Source: Ostrea edulis (taxonomy: Eukaryota). Taken from it: a stretch of DNA of 64,000 bases. Under the pieces are notes generated by a model. The model worked only from the letters and a program-made list of their open reading frames with translations, made no database searches and was not told the origin of the DNA. Below, in pieces: positions 1-14,317 of the stretch (within the stretch, counting starts at the first letter, position 1; each line of letters opens with the position of its first letter). Location of the stretch: NCBI RefSeq assembly GCF_947568905.1, contig NC_079170.1, positions 81,282,001-81,346,000 on the forward strand, read 5' to 3'. The position numbers and the translations under genes were made by a program.

Positions 1-205
1 AAGGTCACAAGTTCAAACAACTTTTTTCTTTTTTTTCTTTTTCTTTTTTACCAAAAGAAAGGTCTTGTCACAAGGACTACACGTGAAAAATAATAACCCT
101 ATCTCCATCCATTCAAAAGTTACGGACAAAGTTAAATATTTTGCGGACAAACAGAAAGACAAATAGACAAACGGACAAAACCAAAAAAATATGTCCTCGA
201 ATCTC
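1..205 (+). mobile_element. 3' end of a degenerate HINE/pearl-like element
   Basis: ggtcttgtcacaagga...gtgaaa motif shared with the 25209-25903 element, followed by a GACA/GACG-rich tract. Confidence 0.5.
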
Positions 206-908
206 CAATCACGTAGATATAAAACTATGACAGGTGGTGGAGTGTTGTTTAATACTCCAGCGGAAAGACTATTCATATCGAGACTTTACCAGCTATCGTG
301 GAGTGTCACTAATTCAGATTTAATCCAAGAGTTCAAGCCAGCACAGCGCAGGCACAATAAGTCTTCACGATTTCCTTGATTGTACTGTACATAGTGTCTA
401 GATCCCCTCGCACCGTTTCAATGATGAGAGTTAGGGGAAGGGAGTTTTTTCTGCTGACGCCTGAAGTGGTCGAGACTTAACCTTACGGCCATCTGACCTC
501 CCAGCACTGACACTAATCTACCATGACGGTAATTTAAATGAATGCAACGATAGATACATCAAAATACACGTAGTAATCTAATGAAACATTTTAAAGAGAA
601 ATGATGATGTCTGTGGAAATGTTAATAACAATGCAGATATTTCAATATAATTTGTCATTTTGACCCCCAATATATTTGGCATTACTAACGAGAATATTCA
701 GTGTAAATGATAGGCTGCAAAACTACAGAACAGACGCATTTCATCCATACAGAACAATCGACCAATCAGGGATTCAAGCCAGCAGTAGCCAAAGTTTACA
801 GAGAGAAAATATGGTAGCAGTACAAGCCCGTGAACAAGATAGATAACTCAATAAACTAAGAGAGATAACCCAATAAACTAAGGGCTACGGACGGCAATCA
901 ATGCTGAA

Positions 909-1020
909 GTGGACTAATACATGTAGTATTCCCCGTGATTTGGGCGGACTAGTGGACTAATACATGTAGTATTCCCCGTGATTTGGGCGGACTAGTGGAC
1001 TAATCGTATTCCCCGCGATC
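909..1020. repeat. 43-bp tandem repeat, about 2.5 copies
   Basis: gtggactaatacatgtagtattccccgtgatttgggcggacta repeated. Confidence 0.9.
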
Positions 1021-2946
1021 TGGACAAACGAACTATTACATTTGTAACAAACTCACACGGTGATCCTGAAATCATGAATATTTTTCTATGGGGTGGTAAA
1101 TCTTTTCAATGTAATGTATACGTACAATATGTATATCGAAGTCAAACATAGCATCCTACCAGCAATCTAAGTTGCAAGCTACGAATATGTGATAAGAGTC
1201 AATTATATTTATTATTCAGGAGAAAATAAATTTAAAAAAAAAAAAAAAAAAAAAAGAATCCTTGCAAACATGTTTGAACTTTTATTTTTTCATAGAACAT
1301 TACAGTTGTAAATGTTCCCTTTTCCCGCAAAATTACAATTTAATTTTTTTTTTAAAAACCCAAAAAATAATAATAGTGATCAACACCTGTCATTATAAGA
1401 TACTTGTCACTATATATATTAACAAAGACTGTTTATCAGAATAGTACACGAGAGCTAAGGTAAAAGGTGGGCGTGACTGGAGACGCACAATAAGACAGAA
1501 AGACAACGTTACCAAACACGTGCAGTAATATCCAAAATCAACTCCATATTGTTACAAATCTTCTCGCACCTTGTTCTGTTGAACTAGCCCCGACACAACT
1601 GGACCAGGTGCCCACTGTTCGCTTACTAATCTTCTCTCCTAACTTCGCGTATTATCCGGGTTCCACTCTAAACGTATATTGCAATTGGGGTGTTTAAGCC
1701 ACTGATCGCATTCATGAAGGCTAATAAGTTAGTATCACTATACCAAAAGTCGGTAAAAATTATTTATTTTTAAAATAAGACAGATTTGAGTGCATGATAT
1801 AACCGTGGGATCGGCAATAAAGAGAAAATTGGAAATAAAGGTAAAACGGGGCATTTCTTTAAACTTTCAGATCTTTCTTTCTTTCTTATTCCCATTTTTT
1901 TTTTTTTTTTAGATTTTTGATTTTCAAAAAAACAGGTGTCTGTTAATTTTTGATATATTAGGAATTAGTTTTATGTTTTTCAGACCAAAAAAATCTATAA
2001 GTGCAATCAATATTTGTATGTTTGATATTTTTGTAAACTATAACTAGAAATGATTCTGCGAGATATTACACTACTGTATATTTCACCAACACCTTGTTAT
2101 TTGGAAGGGGAAGCGTAGATTTGTTTGAGGATTTACATATTTTACATGTGTCTTGAAAGAAAATAAAACCACGGACAGGAAAGCATTGTTGGTCTGTTTT
2201 AATGCACAGTTAAGTAACAGTAGTGCGTTCTAGATGAGAATATTGTTTTGTATTGCTGCAAGTTACATGTATATTGAAATAAAACAATTGCGCCCATTAA
2301 CAACGAAGTGTAGTTTTAAATAGCCATCTTGACCACAAACATAATCTGCTTACAGTATTAGCACCCGAATGCAAAAGCAAGGTGTAAAAAGACTACCATA
2401 TCACAAAAACGTCCACAGGGAAATCAGATCGCGACCTTCTATTGAATGCCAGGCTTAGCACAGGTGTGAATGTTATGTTACTTTTATAAACTGCTTAAGT
2501 TTTTTCTTCTCTCTCTGAAAATCCCCAGTGTGACGAAATCCGACGAGCATTCTAAAAATTATCTGGGGCAAAGATTTAATATGAAATTAAACTTCAGTAC
2601 ATTTAAGCGTAGGGGCTTACCTTTTAAAAAGATATACATGCAAATATTTAGAAAAAAAAATAGCATGAACATATTAAAAGTGTTACATAATATTTCAATA
2701 TTAGGGTTTGGATAATTGTGTTTTCGCTATGTAAAGCAATCACTGCTACACCGAATAGAATTCATTCGTTGTATTATGATGCGTTATTGAAATGATTATA
2801 CAACATTCAGCATTGATCAGAATGTCGAAATACGACTGAATTCAACGGAAAATCACCGTAGTTGTATATAAGCAATCATAAAACAATTACAAACTACATG
2901 TATTTCACAAAATATTTCAATCAATTTCGCATTATCCATGTCTTCC

Positions 2947-3216
2947 GATTGATTGTACATGTACATTGTTTAACGTCCGTCTCAAGAATTTTTCACTCAT
3001 ATGGAGACGTTACCATTGCTGGTGAAGGTCTGCTAAATTTAGGCCAATGCTCGGTGCTTACGGCCTTTGAGCAGGGAGAGGGGTCTTTATCGTGCCATAC
3101 ATGTACTTGCTGTGACACGGGACCTCAGTTTTTGTAGTCTCAATCTATTAAGTCGTTTCTTACGACAAGCAAAGGGTACTGATGACCTATTCTATATAAC
3201 CCAGATCCCCACAAGT
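2947..3216 (-). mobile_element. SINE family 1 (no tRNA head; Deu-domain-like body), near full length
   Basis: Matches the copies at 37856, 42242 and 52896; gattgattg tail; head ends in ggatccccac. Confidence 0.8.
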
Positions 3217-3467
3217 CTTCCTAAAGGCTGGTTAATCTTGATATGCATCATATAGAAAGAATTGTATAAGACTTGTTACACTGTAGCCACTTTCGGCGAT
3301 AAAAAAAACCCCAAACATTTTGTACTGCATTCTGTAGTTTTCAATTGGCATACTGATAACTCATCTATATTATCATTTCTCGAAACGTCCACATACTTCC
3401 TGAATGAATGGGAAAAGTTGACCTATTTATTTGACCAAGAATGAGTTTGGGCCCGATGGACAGTGTT

Positions 3468-3576
3468 ATTTCACATTCATACAGACGGTATTCACATTCA
3501 TACAGACGGTATTCACATTCATACAGACGGTATTCACATTCATACAGACGGTATTCACATTCATACAGACGGTATT
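3468..3576. repeat. 21-bp tandem repeat, about 5 copies
   Basis: tattcacattcatacagacgg repeated. Confidence 0.95.
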
Positions 3577-3861
3577 CGCAATGGAATGTACAAATGCATC
3601 CTAAATAGTTCCTATGAAAAATGTTGTCCCTTTCTTCAGCTTTACTTCCCAATCGGCGGCCATTTTTAAACATCTGTAAAGAAGCGATATGATTGGATAT
3701 AGCAGCTGTTCAAAATGGCTGCCTGTTGCAAAGTACCCAGATGTTCGGAGAGCCTGTGGTCCGTAACAAGCTGCCGAACAGTTTACTGTTAGGCACAGAG
3801 GCTGGCGTACATGCCATATGCTTATTTTTCCAATTTAATAAAATCTAAATAAACTCATGAT

Positions 3862-3915
<54 letters not shown>

Positions 3916-4694
3916 CCTACAAATATTCTCACGTAAAATCCTAATTTAGATCCACCCTAGAACCAGGAGCAATGCTTTAACCTAACATGCACCACATGTG
4001 AGTGACTTACTCTCGAGTGGGGCATTAAACAATACACAACCAACCAAGTTGTGTGTATTCATTATATATATATATATAAATATATATATAAACCGAGGTT
4101 ATAGAGTGGGGCTAGAATTGGGGATAAATTTTTCACATGATTAATCAATACAGTGAAAGGTCTTCTCCAGAACGGCATGTCCAGAGTAATATTGCAAATG
4201 AAGCATTCCTATGTTCGGTTCGGTTAAGTCATGACCCCGTGGTTAGGGTGGGGTTATTATACTCGGTATAGGTTGAAATATAGGTTATGATATAGACTGA
4301 AGAGCAACAGTACCAGTCATTGAGGTGAGCATCGTGGCCTCTCATCAAACAAAGAATTACGTAGAAGACTATTGTCAAAGATATTTCATGATATTTTAAT
4401 AATTGTTACCCGTTAAACAAAAAAGCTGAATATACAGTCCGATAGCTATAAATTACGAGTTCGCGTCACCTTAGGGTTTCGATTTCTCTCTCCACGATAT
4501 CACATTAAACTTGCGATTTTTTTCTCCATTGTAAAATCAAAAATTGCACTTTTCTCTTCAAGTCAATACTGGGTAACTCAGGTGGCCTAAAACTCCTAAT
4601 AAGAGTTGTCAAATTGAAAACCCTGAATAACATGTTGTCAATAAAAAAAACTTAATAATGTTAACAAAATTAAAATTCTTTAGTAATGGCAATG

Positions 4695-5025
4695 AAAAGG
4701 TAAGAATAACGAAAACATTGCAGTCTCATAAATTACATAAAGAATACAAAATTCAGAGTAGGCTAAAACGGACCAATGGAAACACCGGAGGTACCTTGGA
4801 GGAGTAAACATCCCCTATTGACCGGTCACACCCTCGGTGAGCCTTATATCCTGATCAGGTAAACGGAGTAAACCGTAGAACGGTCTATAATTGGTATGAA
4901 ACAAGTCAGACAACATTCGACCTAATGATAGATTATATTTGTGAATTAGATCGTGGTAACGACCACATAATTTACGAAATGCTGATTTTAAACGAGACTG
5001 TTGAAGCCCCTGTAACATGATCTTA
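4695..5025 (-). mobile_element. 5'-truncated Penelope-like retroelement 3' end (RT C-terminus plus 3' UTR)
   Basis: Translates to LQGLQQSRLKSAFRKLCGRYHDLIHKYNLSLGRMLSDLFHT, recalled as the PLE RT C-terminus in bivalves; 3' UTR shared with the 14575, 14901, 29536 and 43843 copies. Confidence 0.65.
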
Positions 5026-5033
5026 TTTGGCAA

Positions 5034-5243
5034 TGGCCATTAAGGTGTTTGTGTCAGTGGCCATTAAGGTGATTGTGTCAGTGGCCATTAAGGTGTTTGT
5101 GTCGGTGGCCATTAAGGTGTTTGTATCAGTGGCCATTAAGGTGATTGTGTCAGTGGCCATTAAGGTGTTTGTGTCAGTGGCCATTAAGGTGTTTGTGTCA
5201 GTGGCCATTAAGGTGATTGTGTCAGTGGCCATTAAGGTGATTG
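5034..5243. repeat. 24-bp tandem repeat, about 8.5 copies
   Basis: tggccattaaggtg(t/a)ttgtgtcag repeated. Confidence 0.95.
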
Positions 5244-5409
5244 AGATATATAGCATCAGAAGATGAGTGGAAGTGAATTTTGTTGAAAGTTAAAACGGCG
5301 TGGATGTATATAAATGTCGAGTCGAAAGCCCGCATTTTACAAGTCTCATGTAGACGCCTTCAACGAAATTCTCCGTATAGGAATATGAAAACAATTAAAA
5401 TATGTTCAT

Positions 5410-5900
5410 GTTTATAATCAAATTAAAATCCCTTAATAATGATAATCAAACTGAAACCCCTCTGGTAATAATGATAATGAAACTAAAATATATTAATGAT
5501 GGTAAATAAACCAAAATATCTTTAATAATAATAGTCAACTTAAAATCCCTTAATATTGGTAAGTAAATGAAATCCTTTGATAATAGTAATCAAAGTGAAA
5601 TCCCTTGATAATCAAATCAAAATATTTTAATGATAGTCAAATTAAAACCCCTTAATAATGGTTATGAAATTAAAATTCCTAACTAATGGTAATGAAATTA
5701 AAAACTTCTTACTAACGGTAATTAAATCAAAATTACTTAATAATAGTTATCAAATAAATCCCTTAATAATGGCAATCAAACTAAAATCTTTAATAATGGT
5801 AATAAAGATTCTTTTAATAATGACAATGATATTAAAGTCCCTAGGAATAGCAATTAAACTAGAATCCCTTAATAATGGTAATCAAATTAAAACCCCTTAA
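5410..5900. repeat. Degenerate AT-rich tandem repeat, about 30-bp unit
   Basis: Recurrent aatcaaattaaaatcccttaataatg motif. Confidence 0.75.
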
Positions 5901-6712
5901 AAACACCATGATCTTGTCCGGAAAGACTATGACTACCATTGCATCTATACTGCATAGATAGAGGAATTTTTCTAATAGTTTGCTAACTCTAGGCACGCAC
6001 ATGCATATATTCACACACACTATGTACGACAGATCTAGTTCTTTTCTTTTTTTATATTATTATTTATGTCCTGGAAAAGTACCGACTTTTGCTATACGTA
6101 ACCGTTAGATCAATCAGGGTTACTGAAGAAGATTTTAAAAAAGAACTCGTCTGCATATTCGTAGGTGAAATTGATTACGCTTCCGCCCTGAGTTCCTAGC
6201 GATCACATGAACAAACGTCAATTACACCACAGCGGCATATCAGTTTAATAGCCTTTCTAATCCGGTAGTTCTTACAAAGATCTTCAAACACAAGTCTCCC
6301 ATTCTCAGTATTCCCTTAATCATCTGAATTAGTAAGGTAGGAAACAGTGTGCTCTCAGAAAGACAAATGCAAAACTACGCGAATGTCAAACTCAAATGGG
6401 AAAGAAATATTCAGTTTGTTCCAGCACAATAAAATAAAAAGCAGTTAATCTAGAGGCATCCTGAATCGAGTTCTCGTTCCAATAAAAGCAAAGCAGGTCA
6501 ATTTTTCTTTCTGCTGGAGATCATTACAGCATGTATGCACCTTTAATGATCTTTTCTACTATACAGAAAGGTTTATTTCTGTGTTGGTTTGATGACACCT
6601 ATAGAAATGATGAAACAAAGACAATTCTTCGAGGCTATCTATTGTTTCTTCTTTATGTACCTTTCAGAATTGTTTACTCATATAGAGACGTCACCAGCTG
6701 TAGGTTAAGTAC

Positions 6713-7009
6713 CAAGAATTTAGACCTATGCTTGACGCTCAGGAACAATTAAGTACCACCATTTAAACCTATGCTTAGCGCTCAGGGACAATTAAGTACC
6801 ACGAATTTAGACCTATGCTTAGCGCTCAGGGACAATTAAGTACCACAATTTAAACCTATGCTTAGCGTTCAGGGACAATTTAGTACCACGAATTTAGACC
6901 TATGCTTAGCGCTCAGGGACAATTAAGTACCACGAATTTAGACCTATGCTTAGCGCTCAGGGACAATTAAGTACCACGAATTTAGACCTATGCTTAGCGC
7001 TCAGGGACA
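6713..7009. repeat. 44-bp tandem repeat, about 7 copies, derived from SINE body sequence
   Basis: aagtaccacgaatttagacctatgcttagcgctcagggacaatt repeated. Confidence 0.92.
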
Positions 7010-8102
7010 AACAAGAGGTACTGTGAGCAATGCTCACTAAGAATACCCCCCGCTTACCCCAATCTCCCAAAGGGTGTTGGTAATAAGTATAAACTACCTC
7101 TTTTCTGAGTGTAAAAAACAAATGGCATGACAAACCGAACCATATTGCTACTTCGATGTCCAGTGCGCGTGACCTTTGACCTTTTGACCCCAAAATCGAT
7201 AGGGAACATCTTCATCCCATGGGTAGTCCATATGTATGATATGGTGACTGTAGGTGGAAAGGATAACGCTTTAGAGCCCGGAAACCATATTGCTTCTTCG
7301 ATGTCCAGTGCGCTTGACCTTTGACCTTTTGACCCCAAAATCGATAGGGAACATCTTCATCCCATGGGTAGTCCATATGTATGATATGGTGACAGTAGGT
7401 GGAAAGGATAACGCTTTAGAGCCCGGAAACCATATTGCTACTTCGATGTCCAGTGCGCTTGACCTTTGACCTTTTGACCCCAAAATCGATAGGGAACATC
7501 TTCATCCCATGGGTAGTCCATATGTATGATATGGTGACTGCAGGTGGAAAGGATAATGCTTTAGAGCCCGGAAACCATATTGCTACTTCGATGTCCAGTG
7601 CACTTGACCTTTGACCTTTTGACCCCAAAATCGATAGGGAACATCTTCATCCCATGGGTAGTCCATATGTATGATATGGTGACTGTAGGTGGAAAGGATA
7701 ACGCTTTAGTGCCCGGAAACCATATTGCTACTTCGATGTCCAGTGCGCTTGACCTTTGACCTTTTGACCCCAAAATCGATAGGGAACATCTTCATCCCAT
7801 GGGTAGTCCATATGTATGATATGGTGACTGTAGGTGGAAAGGATAACGCTTTAGAGCCCGGAAACCATATTGCTTCTTCGATGTCCAGTGCGCTTGACCT
7901 TTGACCTTTTGACCCCAAAATCGATAGGGAACATCTTCATCCCATGGGTAGTCCATATGTACGATATGGTGACGGTAGGTGGAAAGGATAATGCTTTAGA
8001 GTCCGGAAACCATTGCGTCTACAGACGGACGGACGGACAGACGGACAACCCGATTCCAGTATACCCCCCCCCCCCCCACCAACTTGTTGCGGGGGGTATA
8101 AT
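7010..8102 (+). mobile_element. HINE/pearl(CvA)-like non-autonomous Helentron derivative with six internal 145-bp repeats
   Basis: Starts aacaagag; subterminal IR atacccccc / ggggggtat; 145-bp core repeats at 7140-8010; (GACG/GACA)n at 8021-8050; 3' hairpin. Confidence 0.82.
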
Positions 8103-8900
8103 AAGTACCACGAATTTAGACCTATGCGTAACGCTCAGGGACGTAGAACGCGTTCTGTTTTTAAAGATTTCATCCGCAACGCCCGTGAATCTTACTTCTA
8201 AATGCTGAGTTAGGCGAAGCAACCTCCACCCATATCTCTGTCATAGCAAGGCATGCGCAGGGGTTGAACCATTATGATAGAATTTGGAGGGGGAAAAACA
8301 TCGGAAATATGTTCATATTATCAATATGCACTGCACAAACATTCCAATGAAAAGTGAAGCTATAGAACACTGAATGTATACATCTAAATCCCAATTAGTT
8401 AAATCTCGCGGTTTTTCGGTTCGTGGTTTGGTCACAAGAGAGTTTCAAACAATTTCCATTAAGATACATACATGTACTACTATATCATTAAGGATATCTT
8501 AAGGTAATCCTCTTCTCAGCGTTACAATTATCTTTTAACATTTTGGCGATAATAAGCCAGTATCCACCAAGGCTTAAGGCATTTCAAATAGCATCCCAGT
8601 TTACACATAAGGTATGGGGAAAAAAATCCACCCACAACAAACTCTTTTCACATCTTCCCATTCAAGATGCATTGTCATTACTTCAGTTAATCCAGAACAC
8701 AGCAGAGACCTTGCTAATTAAGTGAGCAACCAAGTTATTCTTTATATTATAGATAACCCTAATCATACACAGCGTCATGAGAGATACGCCTAATTATGGT
8801 GTACGGAACGAGTCCCCTTGTACCGGATTAATTTGAGCTCTCTGAACCTCCTTAGTTAAATCAACAATTTTGTCCATAGTGTCATAATGAAACTACCGAG

Positions 8901-9160
8901 AGTAAAGATGAATGGTCAACATTCAAGCTTAATTGGTTATCTTGATACTGCTGAAAGTAAAGATAGATGGTTAATATTCAAGTTAAATTGACTATCTTGA
9001 TACTGCTGAAAGTAAAGATAGATGGTTAACATTCAAGTTTAAGTGGCTATCTTGATACTGCTGAAAGTAAAGATAGATGGTTAATATTCAAGTTTAATTG
9101 GCTATTTTGATACTACTGAAAGTAAAGATAGATGGTTAATATTCAAGTCTAACTGGCTTT
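8901..9160. repeat. 55-bp tandem repeat, about 4.7 copies
   Basis: aagtaaagatagatggttaatattcaagtt...tcttgatactgctga repeated. Confidence 0.92.
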
Positions 9161-10146
9161 ATTGTGGACCTATCCTTTTCCAGCGAACAAAATGAATTTG
9201 TAAACAATATGATATACGGATTTTCATAATTATCTTAAATTGCAGTCGTGCTTTTTTGGGGATAAAAAAAAACTATCAGCAAAGCTGACTAAACTTTTGC
9301 ATTGACAAAGCCAATAATCATATGTTCTTTGTGCATTCTGATTGATTTGCTTGACAGGAGGAGACAACTGTACAGACGAAGACATGAAGATAGTTAACAC
9401 TGCTGGATGATGGACCATCAACATGTGGCGTCATTTTCCGAGCAAAATTTTGCAGCATCACTAAATACTAACGCAGAAAGCAGAAATTTTCTCGATGTAA
9501 TCAAATAATCTGACCTATAATTCTTTTTGGAGGCCGTATTCTTTCTGTACTTAACATACTATGAGACAAAAACTACTGCGAGTTTAAACAAGAGCCCCAC
9601 AGGCTTTTTTGGTCACCAGAGAATTAGTTAAAAGTATCACTAGCTCCAAAGGCTATGACATTTAAAATATTTTTTTTTCTACATATGGAAGCTAAATTTT
9701 CATATTCAGCAGCAATATAAAACCAGTTGTGTTCTTTTTAAAAAGGGAAAATAATAATAATATAAAAAAACACGAATGTGCCTACATTTTACATATGTTA
9801 TAGGATCACTGACTATTTTGGACCTACCCAAAATTTAGAACACGGGGTTACGAAATTCACTATTTTTGTAATCCTTTTTGCTTTTCCTAGATGTGTATTT
9901 AATCATTTTATGCATGTAGCATCAAGAAAATAAAAGCAGAGATCTTTCAAATGATTAAGGTATATAATTATAATGAATACTTTGGCCCCACCCTGTTACC
10001 AAAACTCCCTACTCTAGGGGTCATAAAATTTACGATTTTAGTAGAGGCCTTCCTCCTCTACATGACTATGCATTTAGTTTTTTCTTTCTAATATACGCGA
10101 ATCTAGAGAATAGTTTTGAATAGTTAATTTTTGCCACATCTCTAAG

Positions 10147-10318
10147 GTTGGTTGGTTGTATATTGTTTAACGTCCCACCTCAGAATATTTCACTCATCAT
10201 TGTTGGCGAAAGGCTGCAAAATCTAGGTCTATGCTCAGCGCTTGTGGCCTTTGAGCAGGGAGATATCATTATCGTGCCACACCTGTTGTAACATTGGGCC
10301 TCGGTTTTTGCGGTCTAG
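10147..10318 (-). mobile_element. SINE family 1 fragment (tail and body)
   Basis: ggttggttg tail, gcctttgagcaggg...atcgtgccacacctg core. Confidence 0.75.
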
Positions 10319-12394
10319 AATTGTATGGGTTGTTATGAAGAAGTTAAAACACTCCATTATTAACGCAAGACGGACGAAGACTAATGACCTGAGTGACTCA
10401 GGTGACCTAGAACCCCAATGTTACCAGGTTATAAAGAAGAAGGGAATTAATGGTGGTTTGAAATGTAGACATATAAAACGAAGGAACAATTCTAATTACA
10501 CAGCTCTGCCATCTTTTATTTTGCTCTACCACTGAGAACCTTAATTTCGTGGAAGTGTTACATTTACAACCATCTTGAACCCTACATCATCTATAGATGT
10601 CAAACTCTCAACCACGTGATCGTCCTCCCACGTAACCACCACTTCCTGATGTATGCCTGCTTTTCTATATCAAAGATTCCTACAATAACTGACGTTCAGG
10701 CACCGTTACTCCTTAATGCAGAGTTTTACCACTAAGATACACGTTACTCCTTAATGCAGGGCTTTACCACTAAGATACACGTGATAAGATACATGTGATA
10801 AAATACACGTGATACCAGGAGAGCATTACCACCAAGATACACGTGATACCAGGATATGTGTAAATACATATGTATCACTAAATCATTTAAAAAATCATTT
10901 TCAGTGCAAAACCTGTTCCTGCATACTTCATACCTGTCACACACACGATTCGAACATTTTCTCTCACTCGTTATTACAATTCGAGCACTTTCCCTTAGTC
11001 ATTAACACAAATAAGAGGGGTATTGAACTCGCGTGTGCAAAAAAAAAAAACAAAAAAAAAACAACACTGAAGATGAAATTGGCAATCTCTAACAATGAAT
11101 AACTTATATGACATCGATATAGGAGGCATGAATTATACAGGAATTCAGCGGATCGAACATTCACATATCAGAAGATCAGCAGCAAAAAAATATCACTCTG
11201 TGACAAGGAGGTCGAAGTTCAACACTTCATTGCATGTCAGGGGTCAACAAGTATCACGTGATTTCGTGATGAACCTTTGAATTCATCTATGTATGCTATC
11301 TTGCACTGTCGACATGAAATGGTTGGCATTTATTGATAATGATGATTAACGCTTCCTCTACACTGAATTCAACCGATTACCTAAATGTTGCTAATATACG
11401 GATATGTGCATTTAATGTAGTCCAGAGTTCATGATACCGGTATTGGTGTAATACGAATTTTGAAATAAAAAAACCAAAAATACTATCTTGGCGTCTCCGA
11501 ATTGCTTGGTTGATAACATATCTTTAGAGCTATTCATCAAACTGTCCATGTCATTTCCAAAGGTACACGTACCTGTTGTATGATGCAATTGTAAAAAATA
11601 AAAATGGCATGCTGTTCCCTTCGTAGCCCCCCTCCCTTTCAATTAATCTCTGATACTGACAATCCCAAATACATAAAGATATTTTATTTTTAAAAGCCGA
11701 TGTCCCTCTTATCCCTCCCACTTAACAAACTCTACTTTATGCAGCAGTGATGCATGTCTAGGTAATTGGCATTTTTAGTTAAATTCAGTCATAAAACGAA
11801 GTCAAAACGAAGTGATTCCGAACCAGTTTCTCCCACTTCCTCATCAGTTCTGTCATTAAAACTTCGCAATTGATTTGTCATGAAAAATAAACATCGCTTT
11901 CGTACACAATATTCTTCTGAATCGACTATCGTCAAGAGTATTCATGAGCAACTGTCAAACGGAATTTTTGCATTAAAGAAAAGTAAAACAAAAATGGAAA
12001 ACACCCCAAAAAATGTAGATCACTCAAATACCAAACCCACAGCTTCTGCGCATGCGTATTAGATGGAAAAGACAAGAAAGAAGATTCTGAAGACAATGAT
12101 TAAAGTTTTATCTTCGGTCATTAGGACTTATTAAATATGTTCAAATTGCACTCAAGTATTTAATTGTCATGTTAACACGATTCTACACAAAAACTAGCAT
12201 TACTATACAAGAAGTGTCATATTCATACAGACACCATTTATTGTGACATTTAAAACATCGAACGTTGAATACAGTCAAATTACATCTTTATCTTGGGGCG
12301 CTACTACATAACACGGGAGCAATGTTACAGCTAGGTGGATATACAATGCAGTAAAAAAAATTCGCAACTGAATTACAAATATCGCATTTTCATT

Positions 12395-12742
12395 CTCGTT
12401 GTTTATTTTACGTCCCTTCAATAATGTTTCACTCATACTGACTGTTGAGACTCCATCAGCTGTAGACGAAGTGCCACACAGTTAGGGCTATATGTGGTGC
12501 TTAGGACCGTAACAGTGACAGTTCTTTATCATGTCAAAGCCGTGACACGGGACCTCTGTTTCCAAGGCCTCATTCGCTACACTTGCGACTCTCATGTCTA
12601 AATGCCGCGAGTTTGGCGAAAGATCAGTCAAGTTTTGTTTTTTAAAAAAAGTCTTAGGTTTAAAGCGACCAAGTTACAAAGAGGACTCGAACTCACCACC
12701 AACCGATCACTAATCGAACGCTCTAACCACTGAGCAATTGCG
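12395..12742 (-). mobile_element. tRNA-headed SINE (family 2)
   Basis: Reverse strand gctcagtggttagagc (A box) ... gagttcgagtcc (B box), then the shared SINE body. Confidence 0.72.
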
Positions 12743-13539
12743 TTTTTCAACGATGCACCAATTTCTTTCATCATTGCATCAGATGAGCATGCAGTGTGAT
12801 CCTGAACAATTTGTCTTCATATTTCCAAGATTTTAGTCAGGACAGATCAAAACGAACCACTTCAAGCCCAGTATATCCAAGAAAAATAAGCCATTGTTCA
12901 ATATCACACACGATATTTCAAATAATGATACACTAATTTTCTACCTGTGGTCTGTGGATTGTTGTATTCATTAAAAGTCAGGACAATCCATTAGCAATTT
13001 CATCAAAATATTGTTTTTAATTTTTCAGGCTTCAACGCAACCACTTATGGTTCACGCAAACCTACACATATATTCCACATAAATAAACACTTACGCGGTG
13101 TATCTAACGATTCACTGTTTGTTGCCCATAATCCGCAATGTTCAAATCGTGACCGTGTTAAAAGTGGATTCTGTAACATTAACAGACTACACAAAATTTT
13201 ATAATGACTGTGCTCTTCAGTTTGCATTGAGGCACGGCTCTCAGCTGTCCTAAAACAAGGGATAATTTCTATCATGTAATTGAGTAAAAAGTCTAAAAAT
13301 GACTGGATCTCTCCCATCGTCCGGTGTCACTACACACTGCAGTAATCACAGACTCCCTCACTAATTCGTTGGAGTACCATTAACCAACCTATCATACATG
13401 TACTGCACACTGGGACATTTAGTCCCCGTCCTACGAAACGTTAGCTCCACAGGATGTTTATATCATAGGCCTTTGGGTGAGTGAAAGGTTAGAGTACGTG
13501 AGAGGTTCATGCTAATTTGCAGGTTATTTAATTTTCTCG

Positions 13540-13850
13540 ATGACCCTAATCACGTAATAAGAGAACCTATCATTACTTACGATAAATTCTTTAACATGAA
13601 AGCACAGAACTTTAAACAAAATGAAAACTATAAATCATTGTTATGGCCAACATCACAAAAAGGTGTCGCTTTGTGGCATTATTTGCTAAGTTCAAGGTCG
13701 ATAACTCTTTCAAAATTAGGTCAAGGAAATCCACACTATAATAAGCTCATGCATAAATTGCCAAAAATGGTCCGGAATACTGTCAACCCACGGGCGGACG
13801 GATGGACAGAGTGATCACTATAGGGATCCCGCCTAAAGGCAGAGGCCTAA
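13540..13850 (+). mobile_element. Degenerate HINE-like 3' remnant
   Basis: gcggacggatggacagagtgatcactatagggatcccgcc...ggcagaggccta terminal hairpin. Confidence 0.45.
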
Positions 13851-14317
13851 AATAACACACCGTGTGCTACATTACAATTAAATCCGACAAAGTGTAGTGC
13901 ATGGTACATATGTATGCCTTCAAACGGCCTAGTTGTAAAAGAAAAAAAGAAACCCATCGGCAACATCGGTCACCTGAGTGAGATTGCGGATACAGATGCG
14001 AACCATCAGCTCTAAAGAGTTAGAGCAGAGGACCAACAAAGACTGATGACTCAAGATGTTTTAGATTGTTTTGAATTGTTCTTGAAAAGAAGACTATTCT
14101 CCTATATGTCATCATGAAATTTCTCAAATTCTTCCTTGAACTCTCCAATATACCGTTCTGACCTTTCCTGTATATCACCTTGACCTCTCCTGTATATCAC
14201 CATGAACTATCGTATATACCGCCATGAACTGATGAATATCACAATGAACTCTCCTATATATCACCATAAACTTTCCCAAACTTTTCTATTTATCACTATG
14301 AGCTCTCCTATATAACG

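Larger units (their letters stand above)
6664..8270 (-). mobile_element. SINE family 2 copy with an internal 44-bp tandem expansion, interrupted by a HINE
   Basis: SINE body at 6664-6712, 44-bp array at 6713-7009, SINE resumes at 8103-8270. Confidence 0.65.
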
